Source: a virus
Virus record (IMG/VR): IMGVR_UViG_3300049491_001102
Location: 1-64,000 of that record
Direction: 5' to 3' (one strand)
DNA: 64,000 nucleotides
In this document: positions 18,747 to 27,031 of the stretch, in pieces
Position numbering within the stretch: position 1 is the stretch's first letter
Layout of the letters: each line of letters begins with the position of its first letter
Notes under the pieces: model-generated
What the model was told of the DNA's origin: nothing
The model's input: the letters and a program-made list of their open reading frames with translations, nothing else
Database searches by the model: none
Made by a program: the position numbers and the translations under genes

Positions 18747-19964
18747 TCAGAAGTTGTGCTGGACCGCGGATGGATTTTGCGCGATCTGTTGCGCAAGATT
18801 GTTCATCGGTTGCCCACTGGGCATCTGATACGTTCCAGGCACTGCCGCAGGCTGTACGGGCACTTGAGGTTGCGGCATGTACTGCTGTGGTACCGCCTGA
18901 ACCTGTTGTTGCGGAGGGTACTGGTACTGAACTGCAGGTTGTTGCGCCACCTGCTGCTGATACTGCACTTGCTGTTGCTGCTGTGCGTACGCTTGCTGTT
19001 GCGCCAGATACTGCGCTTGTTGTTGCTGCTGCGCGGCCAGTTGCGCTTGCTGTTGTTGGGCCGCGTATTGCGACGCCGCGTATTGTTGTGCTTGCAGTTG
19101 CGGGTCGGGGGCTTGAAACGCTTGTGCTTGCACTTGGGGCGCCATGTATTGATTGGGAACACCCACACCAACAGTCGGTACCATGCCGCCACCCACTGGT
19201 CCGAGGGCAACACGCGGCGTCGCTGCGCCAAAAGTTTGATCCGCGAGCGCATTCGCTTGATCGAGAGCAAATCCTTCTGCCTCTTTTGTCGCCACAAAAA
19301 TCTGGCGAACAATGACCATTGTCGGCTCGGTCTTCGTAAGCAAGTCGAGCTTGGGTGCGGAGTTCAGCCACGCCAACATCTGCTCATCCGTTTGAGCAAG
19401 ACGCTTCTGACCTTGGTGTGCAATACCAATCTTGTAATCCGTAAACCGCCCAGCTTTGACCTCCAAATACAGGTCATCCCCGTTAAACGGATTCGTGAAG
19501 TCCTGACCGTATTTTTTCACATCGGTACGCAAAGAGTGAAGCTCGTCCATCACTCCTTTGGGGAACGCCCACACTTGAGGACCAAGAGCAGGGGCACCCC
19601 GGTCAATGATGACCCCGAAGCAACGTGGGCGTGGATCATAATCCCGTGCGGCCGCAACATCTTGTGGATTGTCCGACCCGCGAAGCGCGTCTGCCCGGCT
19701 GCATGAAGGACATTCCCCTGTCGCAGCCTTTCGCGGGCAGTTGAAGCTCAGGGGCTTCTTTCCGCCCATGAACTTGTCGAAAAAGTGCTGAAACACGGTC
19801 ACCAACGCCGATTGCCCAGGTGCTCCGGGCAACAAACGGATGATGTACGAGTTGCCAACCTTTGGTTTGAAGTACGCAGCATTTCCCGATGCCACCTTTG
19901 AGTGAGCATCAGTAATTGCGTCGATCGAGAGTCCGCCGAACTGGATTTGTGGTTGAAGATCCAT
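18747..19964 (-). CDS. T4 gp32-like ssDNA-binding protein with Q/Y/P-rich C-terminal tail
   Basis: YFKPK..IIRLLPG, H..CP...CPSC Zn motif, DFTNPFNGDDL; lies beside recA. Confidence 0.8.
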   Translation of the reverse strand: MDLQPQIQFGGLSIDAITDAHSKVASGNAAYFKPKVGNSYIIRLLPGAPGQSALVTVFQHFFDKFMGGKKPLSFNCPRKAATGECPSCSRADALRGSDNPQDVAAARDYDPRPRCFGVIIDRGAPALGPQVWAFPKGVMDELHSLRTDVKKYGQDFTNPFNGDDLYLEVKAGRFTDYKIGIAHQGQKRLAQTDEQMLAWLNSAPKLDLLTKTEPTMVIVRQIFVATKEAEGFALDQANALADQTFGAATPRVALGPVGGGMVPTVGVGVPNQYMAPQVQAQAFQAPDPQLQAQQYAASQYAAQQQQAQLAAQQQQQAQYLAQQQAYAQQQQQVQYQQQVAQQPAVQYQYPPQQQVQAVPQQYMPQPQVPVQPAAVPGTYQMPSGQPMNNLAQQIAQNPSAVQHNF

Positions 19965-19965
19965 A

Positions 19966-20481
19966 TCAATGTTTTCCGGGTTTCTCGCTAATGAAGGCTT
20001 TGGTCATGTCCGACAGAGCTCGTGGAGGCACAAGATTGCGCATATTCGCGTTGTGTAGGTGCCCAATGTTGGTGAGCATGTCTTTCTTGAATCTGGCCGC
20101 GTCAGCGAGAACTTTCGCTTGCTTCATCCGAACCTCAGAGCGAAGAAGATCTTCACGCAATTCCATATAGGCAGGAGTTGCCTTCAGCATATCGTTCACT
20201 TCATCCATCGACGGTTTGACCAGTCGAATGGAGCCACGTTCCGTGGCGGTCTTACAGGAATTGCGCATCATCTGAAACGTGGTCTCCGCTTGTGCTGTTA
20301 GTTCCTCACGGACCAACATGCGCAAACGAGATTCTTCGGCTTCAAACTGAAGTTTCCTCGCACTGAACGCTTCGAATGCTTCGACATATTGTTCCGACAA
20401 CCGAGCGAAGATTGCCGGCGAACGCTCGAACTCCCCTTCGAGATCGTTCGTGTTGATGTCGAACTCATTTTCCACGCTCAT
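19966..20481 (-). CDS. Helical protein, UvsY-like recombination mediator candidate
   Basis: All-helical, between ssb and the polymerase; GCTATTAAAT directly before ATG. Confidence 0.5.
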   Translation of the reverse strand: MSVENEFDINTNDLEGEFERSPAIFARLSEQYVEAFEAFSARKLQFEAEESRLRMLVREELTAQAETTFQMMRNSCKTATERGSIRLVKPSMDEVNDMLKATPAYMELREDLLRSEVRMKQAKVLADAARFKKDMLTNIGHLHNANMRNLVPPRALSDMTKAFISEKPGKH

Positions 20482-20524
20482 ATTTAATAGCTTTCCCCCG
20501 AAATTGTTCGCGGCTATGCGGCCG

Positions 20525-23098
20525 CTACGCTGCGAACTTGTACTCTTTCATGGACCCCAATGCTGGTCCCATTTCAAACTCAGCAACCAAGGGGATCTCT
20601 CCAAGGCCACGGGCTTCCATAACAGCCTTCATCAGCTTAGCAGCCTCATCAGCCTCATCTTCTGGTGATTCTGTGTAAATTGCGTCGTGAACTTGTGAGA
20701 TGACAAACGAAGCCAAATCATAATCCTCAAACACATCCACCATTTCACAGATCGCATCGGTAACAATCTCTGCTGAAGATCCTTGTGGGGGCGAATTCAC
20801 AGCCTGTCGTTGCGCAGAAGCAACACGGCCTTGGTCACGACTACCGGCATTACTCAAGTATCTACGTCGCCCAGTATGGCCAAACAGCACATTATTCGTA
20901 AACCCTTGGGCGAGCACAATTGCCTGTTGATGTTTTACCCAGGCATCTAAATCAACGTATAATCCCATAATAGACCTTTTTAGTAATCCAGCCTTAGCAA
21001 CTGTACATTTAAGGTCCTCAGCTAATGACATATCCGACAGACAGTACAAAGTACCAAAGTTCACCTGTTTTGATTCTGACCTGTATTGCTTGATTTGTTT
21101 CGAGTCATATCCCTGCATCACATGCTGCGGAATACCCCAAGCAAGGTCGGATATGAGTTCTGCCGTGCGACGATGCAAGTCCACGCCATCCTTGAAGATT
21201 TGAATCATCACCCTGTCATTTGATAGATATGCTGCTTTTCGATATTCGATCTGTGAATAGTCCGCTTTGATCAATATCTTTCCTGGTGGAGCAACAAAGA
21301 TATTTTGAATCATAGGCCCATAAACCTCGTCACGCATTGGCATGTTTTGGAGGTTTGGCTTGTCACTACTCCAACGTGCAGTCTCAGTCCCTATCGGATT
21401 AAACCTCCCATGGATCCTGCCATCTGGCGTGATGAACTTGAGTAGGGGCAACCCATAACGGTCTCTAATCGTTTGATGGCGCTTATACTCGGAATAAAGC
21501 TCAACAGATGGATGTTTACCCTTCAATGCTTTAATCGCATCGGCATCCACGGATGTATTGCCATTATTACTCAATCCAAGCTTGTTAAAGAACAAATCAG
21601 ACACTTGCGCGGGCGAAGACCACTCGATGTTTCCGTATGCTGAAAGTTTCGATTGCATTTCTGCAATCTTCATTCTCGCATAGGCATCCACAGCGTAAAT
21701 CTGCTGTTTATTTGCAAGGAGGCCGCGTCCCTCAATTTTAGCTATAGTGCGCGGGATTTTACGCATCAACGAACCATAAGTTCGTTTGGCACCTTCATCC
21801 GCCGGCAACTGCACATCAGTCACATTCACGGCTAACAAAGACGATGCGACAGTATCCAGACAGCAATAACGGTTCCGCGTTGGTGCGGCCACCAACCCGT
21901 AAGCGAACGAATCTTCGGCTATCTCTCGATACACAACCGAAGCGGCCAAAGCCCGCGGAAACACACCCCGCAAAACAGCAACATCCGTGGTGGTGTTCTT
22001 GCGCGCCATGGAGATCGCGGTACGAGCCGCTTCCAACGCGTCTTGCATCTCGCGCTTGTGCCCGCCCATGCCGACACTCTCGGCCTGCGACTCCAAGCTG
22101 ACCTCGGCATCCGAGCGCACAAGCTTGCGTCCCAGCATCGAATCTTCTGTGGCGTTCTGCACCTCTGCATGAATTCGGGGGCAAAGCTTTGAGGCGCGAA
22201 TATCCGCTGACAAACCGTGGCCACCTTTGACGATCTTGGGGTTTTCCAAGATCGCGCGCATGGGTGCCACACATCGCTCATCCCCCAATGCATCTCCCCA
22301 CACGAATGCCGTTGTCTCGCCGCGTCGCGTCATCGCGAGCGTATCAACCTGAAAAAACTCCGTGTGCATGTGCCCTGAGAACTCGGTATCGAACACCACA
22401 GCACGCGTAGCGCCCAAGTAGTCACAGGCTGCTTGCGCATCTTCGGGCGTCTCAATTTCGTAGAACTCTGCATCCCACGGTGGTTGTTGTGGCAAGGGTT
22501 CGTTGAAAATCCAGGACAAATCATCCTGGAATTCCTTTGCAAAAAATCGATTGGATGAGAGCGCGTACGCATCCCGCAACATGTACACTGGCGTTTTTGT
22601 CTCGTAGAGATATGCGTATGGCCGCCGCGCTCCGGGGATGTGCAAGCCATCCTTGTTCGGTGTGACCGTTTGCCGGTTCACCACCGCATACGAGGCAGCG
22701 TCACCGAACGTGATGATTTTCGAGGGTTTCAGCGCACGCACCATCGACGCTAAATAGGTGCGACACTGATCGATCTCATCCTTGGTTGGGTACGAGGAAG
22801 CGTGGCACCGCGCTGCGTAAGTGTAAAAAACTGGACCCGAATATTTCTGGGCAATCTCAAAGCGCACCCAAGCACCAACGTCGTCAATGAACGAAATTCC
22901 GCTCACATCGTTGGTGTAATTGGGTGCGCTGCCGATCACGAGCACGCAACCTTGGACGGCATCACCATGTCCTTGGATGCACCGATTGCGCGCATATTGA
23001 TGACGAGAACAACTCGTGCACCCTGGATTCGTGCGCGTGGCCTCCACTGTCTCCAGCGGAACTCGTTTGTCGTTTGGATACAGTGGGAGGCGCTTCAT
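20525..23098 (-). CDS. polA: Family A DNA polymerase with N-terminal UDG-family-4-like domain and 3'-5' exonuclease
   Basis: FDTE exo I, YCCLD exo III, ADYSQIE (motif A), KQVNFGTLY (motif B), QVHD (motif C); N-terminal CTSC..VIGSAP..C..C. Confidence 0.95.
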   Translation of the reverse strand: MKRLPLYPNDKRVPLETVEATRTNPGCTSCSRHQYARNRCIQGHGDAVQGCVLVIGSAPNYTNDVSGISFIDDVGAWVRFEIAQKYSGPVFYTYAARCHASSYPTKDEIDQCRTYLASMVRALKPSKIITFGDAASYAVVNRQTVTPNKDGLHIPGARRPYAYLYETKTPVYMLRDAYALSSNRFFAKEFQDDLSWIFNEPLPQQPPWDAEFYEIETPEDAQAACDYLGATRAVVFDTEFSGHMHTEFFQVDTLAMTRRGETTAFVWGDALGDERCVAPMRAILENPKIVKGGHGLSADIRASKLCPRIHAEVQNATEDSMLGRKLVRSDAEVSLESQAESVGMGGHKREMQDALEAARTAISMARKNTTTDVAVLRGVFPRALAASVVYREIAEDSFAYGLVAAPTRNRYCCLDTVASSLLAVNVTDVQLPADEGAKRTYGSLMRKIPRTIAKIEGRGLLANKQQIYAVDAYARMKIAEMQSKLSAYGNIEWSSPAQVSDLFFNKLGLSNNGNTSVDADAIKALKGKHPSVELYSEYKRHQTIRDRYGLPLLKFITPDGRIHGRFNPIGTETARWSSDKPNLQNMPMRDEVYGPMIQNIFVAPPGKILIKADYSQIEYRKAAYLSNDRVMIQIFKDGVDLHRRTAELISDLAWGIPQHVMQGYDSKQIKQYRSESKQVNFGTLYCLSDMSLAEDLKCTVAKAGLLKRSIMGLYVDLDAWVKHQQAIVLAQGFTNNVLFGHTGRRRYLSNAGSRDQGRVASAQRQAVNSPPQGSSAEIVTDAICEMVDVFEDYDLASFVISQVHDAIYTESPEDEADEAAKLMKAVMEARGLGEIPLVAEFEMGPALGSMKEYKFAA

Positions 23099-23103
23099 GG
23101 CAT

Positions 23104-24483
23104 CTATGCGGCTGGCAGATTAATTCCGAGCAGTTGCAACGCTGTGTTCACACGACGTTGCACATTGTCTTCCGTCACCGAGGTAACGAATGCGGCCAAC
23201 TGACTCCGGCAAGGGAAAATGATCCGTACAATGTCGGCTTCCGTCTTGGCCATTCCGTTATCAACCAGCCATTTCACCGTGCCGAGCGCCTGCTTAGAAC
23301 TTGCGTGCTCCACTGGTAAACCCGGAATTCCAGGGCCGACGTCTGGGACGGCGGACACAGGTTGTTGGACCTGTTGGGCGGATTGTTGGGGGTAGAACTG
23401 CTGTGGTGCACTTGGTGCGACGTAGGGTTGTTGTACAACGGGCTGCGTCGGCTGGGGCACAAACTGCTGTTGCTGGGGAACTTGTGGCTGTCCAGTAAAG
23501 TTACCAAGCATTCCACCACCAAAGTTATTACCTGTTGGCGCAGGCTGAGCTTGTGGCTGCACTTGGGCCTGGGGCTGCTGCACAAACTGCTGGGGCAAAC
23601 CTTGACCACCAGCCCAATTCGGTAGCGCTTCAGGTGCGGTCATTGCCGGAGTCAACGGCATTCCTGGGTTCACCAGGTTTTGACCAATCATTGGTTGTGC
23701 CAACGGTGCAGGTTGAACCGGCGCGGGGGCAGGTTGTGGCGTGAACTCAGCTAAAACGTCACCCGTGGGCGATATCAACACGCCTTCGCCCATCCCAAAA
23801 TCGAGGTGGATCGCGGGATTGCTGCCGTGCACCGAAGGCATGGCGCGCAAAATCTTCTTGCCTTGAAACTCTTCGCCGGGCGCAAAGTTGGGAGCCTTGG
23901 TCTCAGCGGTAGTTCGCCGGCGGCGTCCCGTCGTTGTGGTCGTCGACTGTGCTTCCGGCTGCGCTGCCGCCTCGGTGGGCGTGCTTGCCAGAAGCTGCGC
24001 GGCGTTGACCCCTGGAACTCCCATGCCAGGCTGCACGGCTGTGGTGGGAGCTGGGGGAACGGTGGCAGTTGGGGGTGGTGTAGGAACTCCGGCCCCTGCA
24101 GCGGCGGCGTAGAGCGCCTCGGTACGACGCTGCACTTCGGCGTGGTGCTCAGGCGCAATCGTGGGTTGCGGCGTCTGAGCAGCAACTTGCGCAGTCGCAA
24201 ACCGAACTGGTTGGACTTCGGGCAGTGGCGCTGCCTCCCCCGCAGCTTCGCGTCGATCGAGTTCTTGGTGCTTGGCGTCGATCGCCCGAGACAACTCAGC
24301 GAGTGAACCTCGAAGTTGCGCAAGCGAATCCAAGCGCTCCAAGATGTCAAACAGAGCACCTGCTTGTGTATGCGTTACATTGCGGATTTCAAGCGTGTCA
24401 CTATCTCGGCGCCACACGACCTCGTGATCGTTTCCCAAGAAAGTAAGCTCCACACCAATGATCGTCATCTTACGTTCAGCCAT
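23104..24483 (-). CDS. Pro/Gln/Ala-rich low-complexity protein
   Basis: Start MAERKM at 24483; long disordered tracts between small folded ends. Confidence 0.7.
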   Translation of the reverse strand: MAERKMTIIGVELTFLGNDHEVVWRRDSDTLEIRNVTHTQAGALFDILERLDSLAQLRGSLAELSRAIDAKHQELDRREAAGEAAPLPEVQPVRFATAQVAAQTPQPTIAPEHHAEVQRRTEALYAAAAGAGVPTPPPTATVPPAPTTAVQPGMGVPGVNAAQLLASTPTEAAAQPEAQSTTTTTGRRRRTTAETKAPNFAPGEEFQGKKILRAMPSVHGSNPAIHLDFGMGEGVLISPTGDVLAEFTPQPAPAPVQPAPLAQPMIGQNLVNPGMPLTPAMTAPEALPNWAGGQGLPQQFVQQPQAQVQPQAQPAPTGNNFGGGMLGNFTGQPQVPQQQQFVPQPTQPVVQQPYVAPSAPQQFYPQQSAQQVQQPVSAVPDVGPGIPGLPVEHASSKQALGTVKWLVDNGMAKTEADIVRIIFPCRSQLAAFVTSVTEDNVQRRVNTALQLLGINLPAA

Positions 24484-25387
24484 AGTACACTTCTTCTCTT
24501 GTTCGTTTCTCTTGCACTTCCACCGGTTTGTCATTGCCCAAACACGCTAAAGCAGCGCGTCGGACATCATGTGCATCGACATAACGCCGATCGTTGGGGT
24601 CTCGTCCCGGAGGAAGACGAACAGCCCCCACGTAAAAGCCATACAGGCGCATCCGCAATGCAGCACGCCAACCCTCTTCCCAGGCATCACCGTCGAGAAC
24701 AAACGCCAAGGGGCGCTTTGTTTTCTTGAAGACCTCAAACTGTGTGTCAATGGGTTTCCCCCCGCATGTTACGGGGTCTGGCCAATAGAGAATGCCGTCG
24801 CACACGCCCTCCATCACGAGGGCGGGATCGGGTGTGGACACGTAAAGCGCCTGTTCGTTGAACATGCGGTTACGATCCATTCCTTCTGGGTAGCGATACG
24901 GCTCTGGGCACTTTGGAAACCATGTTCTGGCAGTAAATCCCCACCATTCATTTTTGTTGTCTCGGTGCGGAATCACGATCCGAGTGTTGTACCGCCCCGT
25001 TGCGCACGCACCCATTCCCACAGCAATGCGGAGCGCCAAGTCGTATCCACGACCCTCCGCGTACTCGACTGCGCGCGCAAAAGTTTGGGATCGTTCAGCA
25101 CCGCCATAGAGCGGAACGAACCAATCTGGTGCAGTTTTAGACTGGTAGACAGCCGTGTTGACAGTCTGAACATTGGAAGGGACCCAATCCTGCAGTGAAA
25201 TTCGGATGCCGCAACGGAAGCAGCGAAAGTATCCGTAGGGGGCGTAAAACGCGAGACTCTGCCGCCGGTCGGTCTTCCCAACGCGGTCGATGCAAAATGG
25301 GCAGTAAGTCCTAGCCCAGCCCGACGACGCCACTTTCAGTGTTTGGGCAATTCCCTGCGCTGTCGCTTTGATCGTCTTCCAGTCCAT
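24476..25387 (-). CDS. dnaG: DNA primase (Zn-binding plus Toprim)
   Basis: CPFC..CFRC, GFTAR, MEGVCD, LDGD, DPND. Confidence 0.88.
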   Translation of the reverse strand: MDWKTIKATAQGIAQTLKVASSGWARTYCPFCIDRVGKTDRRQSLAFYAPYGYFRCFRCGIRISLQDWVPSNVQTVNTAVYQSKTAPDWFVPLYGGAERSQTFARAVEYAEGRGYDLALRIAVGMGACATGRYNTRIVIPHRDNKNEWWGFTARTWFPKCPEPYRYPEGMDRNRMFNEQALYVSTPDPALVMEGVCDGILYWPDPVTCGGKPIDTQFEVFKKTKRPLAFVLDGDAWEEGWRAALRMRLYGFYVGAVRLPPGRDPNDRRYVDAHDVRRAALACLGNDKPVEVQEKRTREEVYYG

Positions 25388-25682
25388 CTTCCAACTCCAC
25401 TCCGTTAAACCTGAACCATTGTGTGCGAGTAATCGGACGCGCCTTTAGCAAGAAAAGCTTTGATGCAACAAGAGACCCATTCTTAGGTGGGTAATACGGG
25501 TTCAAGTCATAGTTTATGTGCACAGTTATTAATGCTACGGGCGCAGCATTAATGCACAAATTCTCGACTTTAGAAATAAGATCGTCCTGATTGAGTAGCG
25601 GTACGTGAGGACTAATGTTGAGCACTTTCATTCGACCGTAAAGATTAACGACGATTAGGTCGAGTTGCATCTCTGTAATCAT
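25311..25682 (-). CDS. Hypothetical protein between helicase and primase
   Basis: ATGA-coupled to the helicase stop, GGAGG RBS; visibly lower GC. Confidence 0.55.
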   Translation of the reverse strand: MITEMQLDLIVVNLYGRMKVLNISPHVPLLNQDDLISKVENLCINAAPVALITVHINYDLNPYYPPKNGSLVASKLFLLKARPITRTQWFRFNGVELEDGLEDDQSDSAGNCPNTESGVVGLG

Positions 25683-27028
25683 GGAGTCCTCCCTGGTAGT
25701 TGAATAACACTTGGAGCGTTGAATCCTGGAACAGGAGAGTGCATTTGTGGCGCACCCATGCCCGTACACGATGTCAGTCGGCCGAACTGCTGCTCGGTCA
25801 CAACGGGCCCGACAGTTCCCTCTTGACCAGATCGATTTTTGGCAACGTTGAAATAAAAACCCTTCGGAGTCTTGTTCAGCGTTATCCACTGCTGTGAAAG
25901 CCTTGGCTTCCATGCAGACTGACAAAAGTGTGACTTGTCGTAGAACTGCGCAGTTCCCTTATCTTTAGCCTGGGAACCTACCGCGATGACACAATCCTCT
26001 TCCTCAGCGAGAGCGACCATTTCCTCCCACACTTGTTTGTATAGGTCTGTGTTGGCCATATTTTTTAGGACTTGCTCAATCGTGAGTTTATCCCCGTAGT
26101 CTATACTCAGCACACTAACAGGTCGTCCGGTCTGCTGCTTCACTTCCTTGACCCAGAGGCGAATATCACCAACGGTGCATTTACCCTCAAGAAGATACTT
26201 GAGGAACAGTTTACCGTTTGGAACCTTCGCCTGGCGTTGTGCAAAGCGTTTACGGGCCTCGAAATCGTTTCCTTCCACGATTTCGAGGTAGGGAATGTCC
26301 GTCATGTCCCCAAACATGCGGGCGCCCAACTCGGGGATCGGCATTTCGTTGGAGGCATAGAGCGCAATCTCGTCGCGCATCACCGCCCGAATGACGAGTT
26401 GGCTCAAAATCATCGACTTGCCATCGCCGGCCGAACCCAAAAATGTCGTCACCGTGCGCTTGGGCAGACCGCCGCGCAAGAAAGCGTCCAGCTCGGAGCA
26501 ACCCGTGGCAATCCGCGAAGTCGATCGCAATGCGGCGATCTTGGCAAACATCGACGCGTCGAGTTGCTCCCCAACACCAGCGACCAAGATCCCAACTTTG
26601 TCCAACCGCGAAAGCTGTTCAATGACTTTTTGCCGACTTTCACCCTTAAGCGCGGACTCAATCCCCTTTAGCTTGATGCGTGGCTCCATTATCGTTTTGA
26701 ATTGCTCAAGAACGATTTCTGGCTTACGCCGCGGATCATCCATCGTATTCGCAACGTACTCCGAGTACGCGTACGCTTGGTCAATGGTGATTTTCCCGGC
26801 CTGCTTGCACAGAGTGAGAATTTCTTGCCTTATCGCACTGAAAGTTTCGAAAGCTTGGCTTGTACGGTCAAAGTATAGCTTGCAAAGTCCGATGACAAAA
26901 ACAGCTTCTGGAGAGACGAACGCCTCAATCTCGATTACTTTGTCAAGAGTGGCAAAAATGTTCTTGGAAAAGACGCAGTGGTAGACGACTTCGCGCTCGA
27001 ATAGCGCGTCAATGACGTACTTATCCAT
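25679..27028 (-). CDS. dnaB: DnaB-like replicative helicase
   Basis: TGCSELD..GG, GSAGDGKS, SNEM, IDYGD, GSQ, AKNRSG. Confidence 0.9.
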   Translation of the reverse strand: MDKYVIDALFEREVVYHCVFSKNIFATLDKVIEIEAFVSPEAVFVIGLCKLYFDRTSQAFETFSAIRQEILTLCKQAGKITIDQAYAYSEYVANTMDDPRRKPEIVLEQFKTIMEPRIKLKGIESALKGESRQKVIEQLSRLDKVGILVAGVGEQLDASMFAKIAALRSTSRIATGCSELDAFLRGGLPKRTVTTFLGSAGDGKSMILSQLVIRAVMRDEIALYASNEMPIPELGARMFGDMTDIPYLEIVEGNDFEARKRFAQRQAKVPNGKLFLKYLLEGKCTVGDIRLWVKEVKQQTGRPVSVLSIDYGDKLTIEQVLKNMANTDLYKQVWEEMVALAEEEDCVIAVGSQAKDKGTAQFYDKSHFCQSAWKPRLSQQWITLNKTPKGFYFNVAKNRSGQEGTVGPVVTEQQFGRLTSCTGMGAPQMHSPVPGFNAPSVIQLPGRTP

Positions 27029-27031
27029 GAA

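Noticed and set aside
14639-19706. Long plus-strand ORFs (14639..15694, 18729..19706) and the minus-strand ORF 37617..38549
   Set aside because: Antisense shadows of well-supported genes in GC-rich DNA, with no motifs
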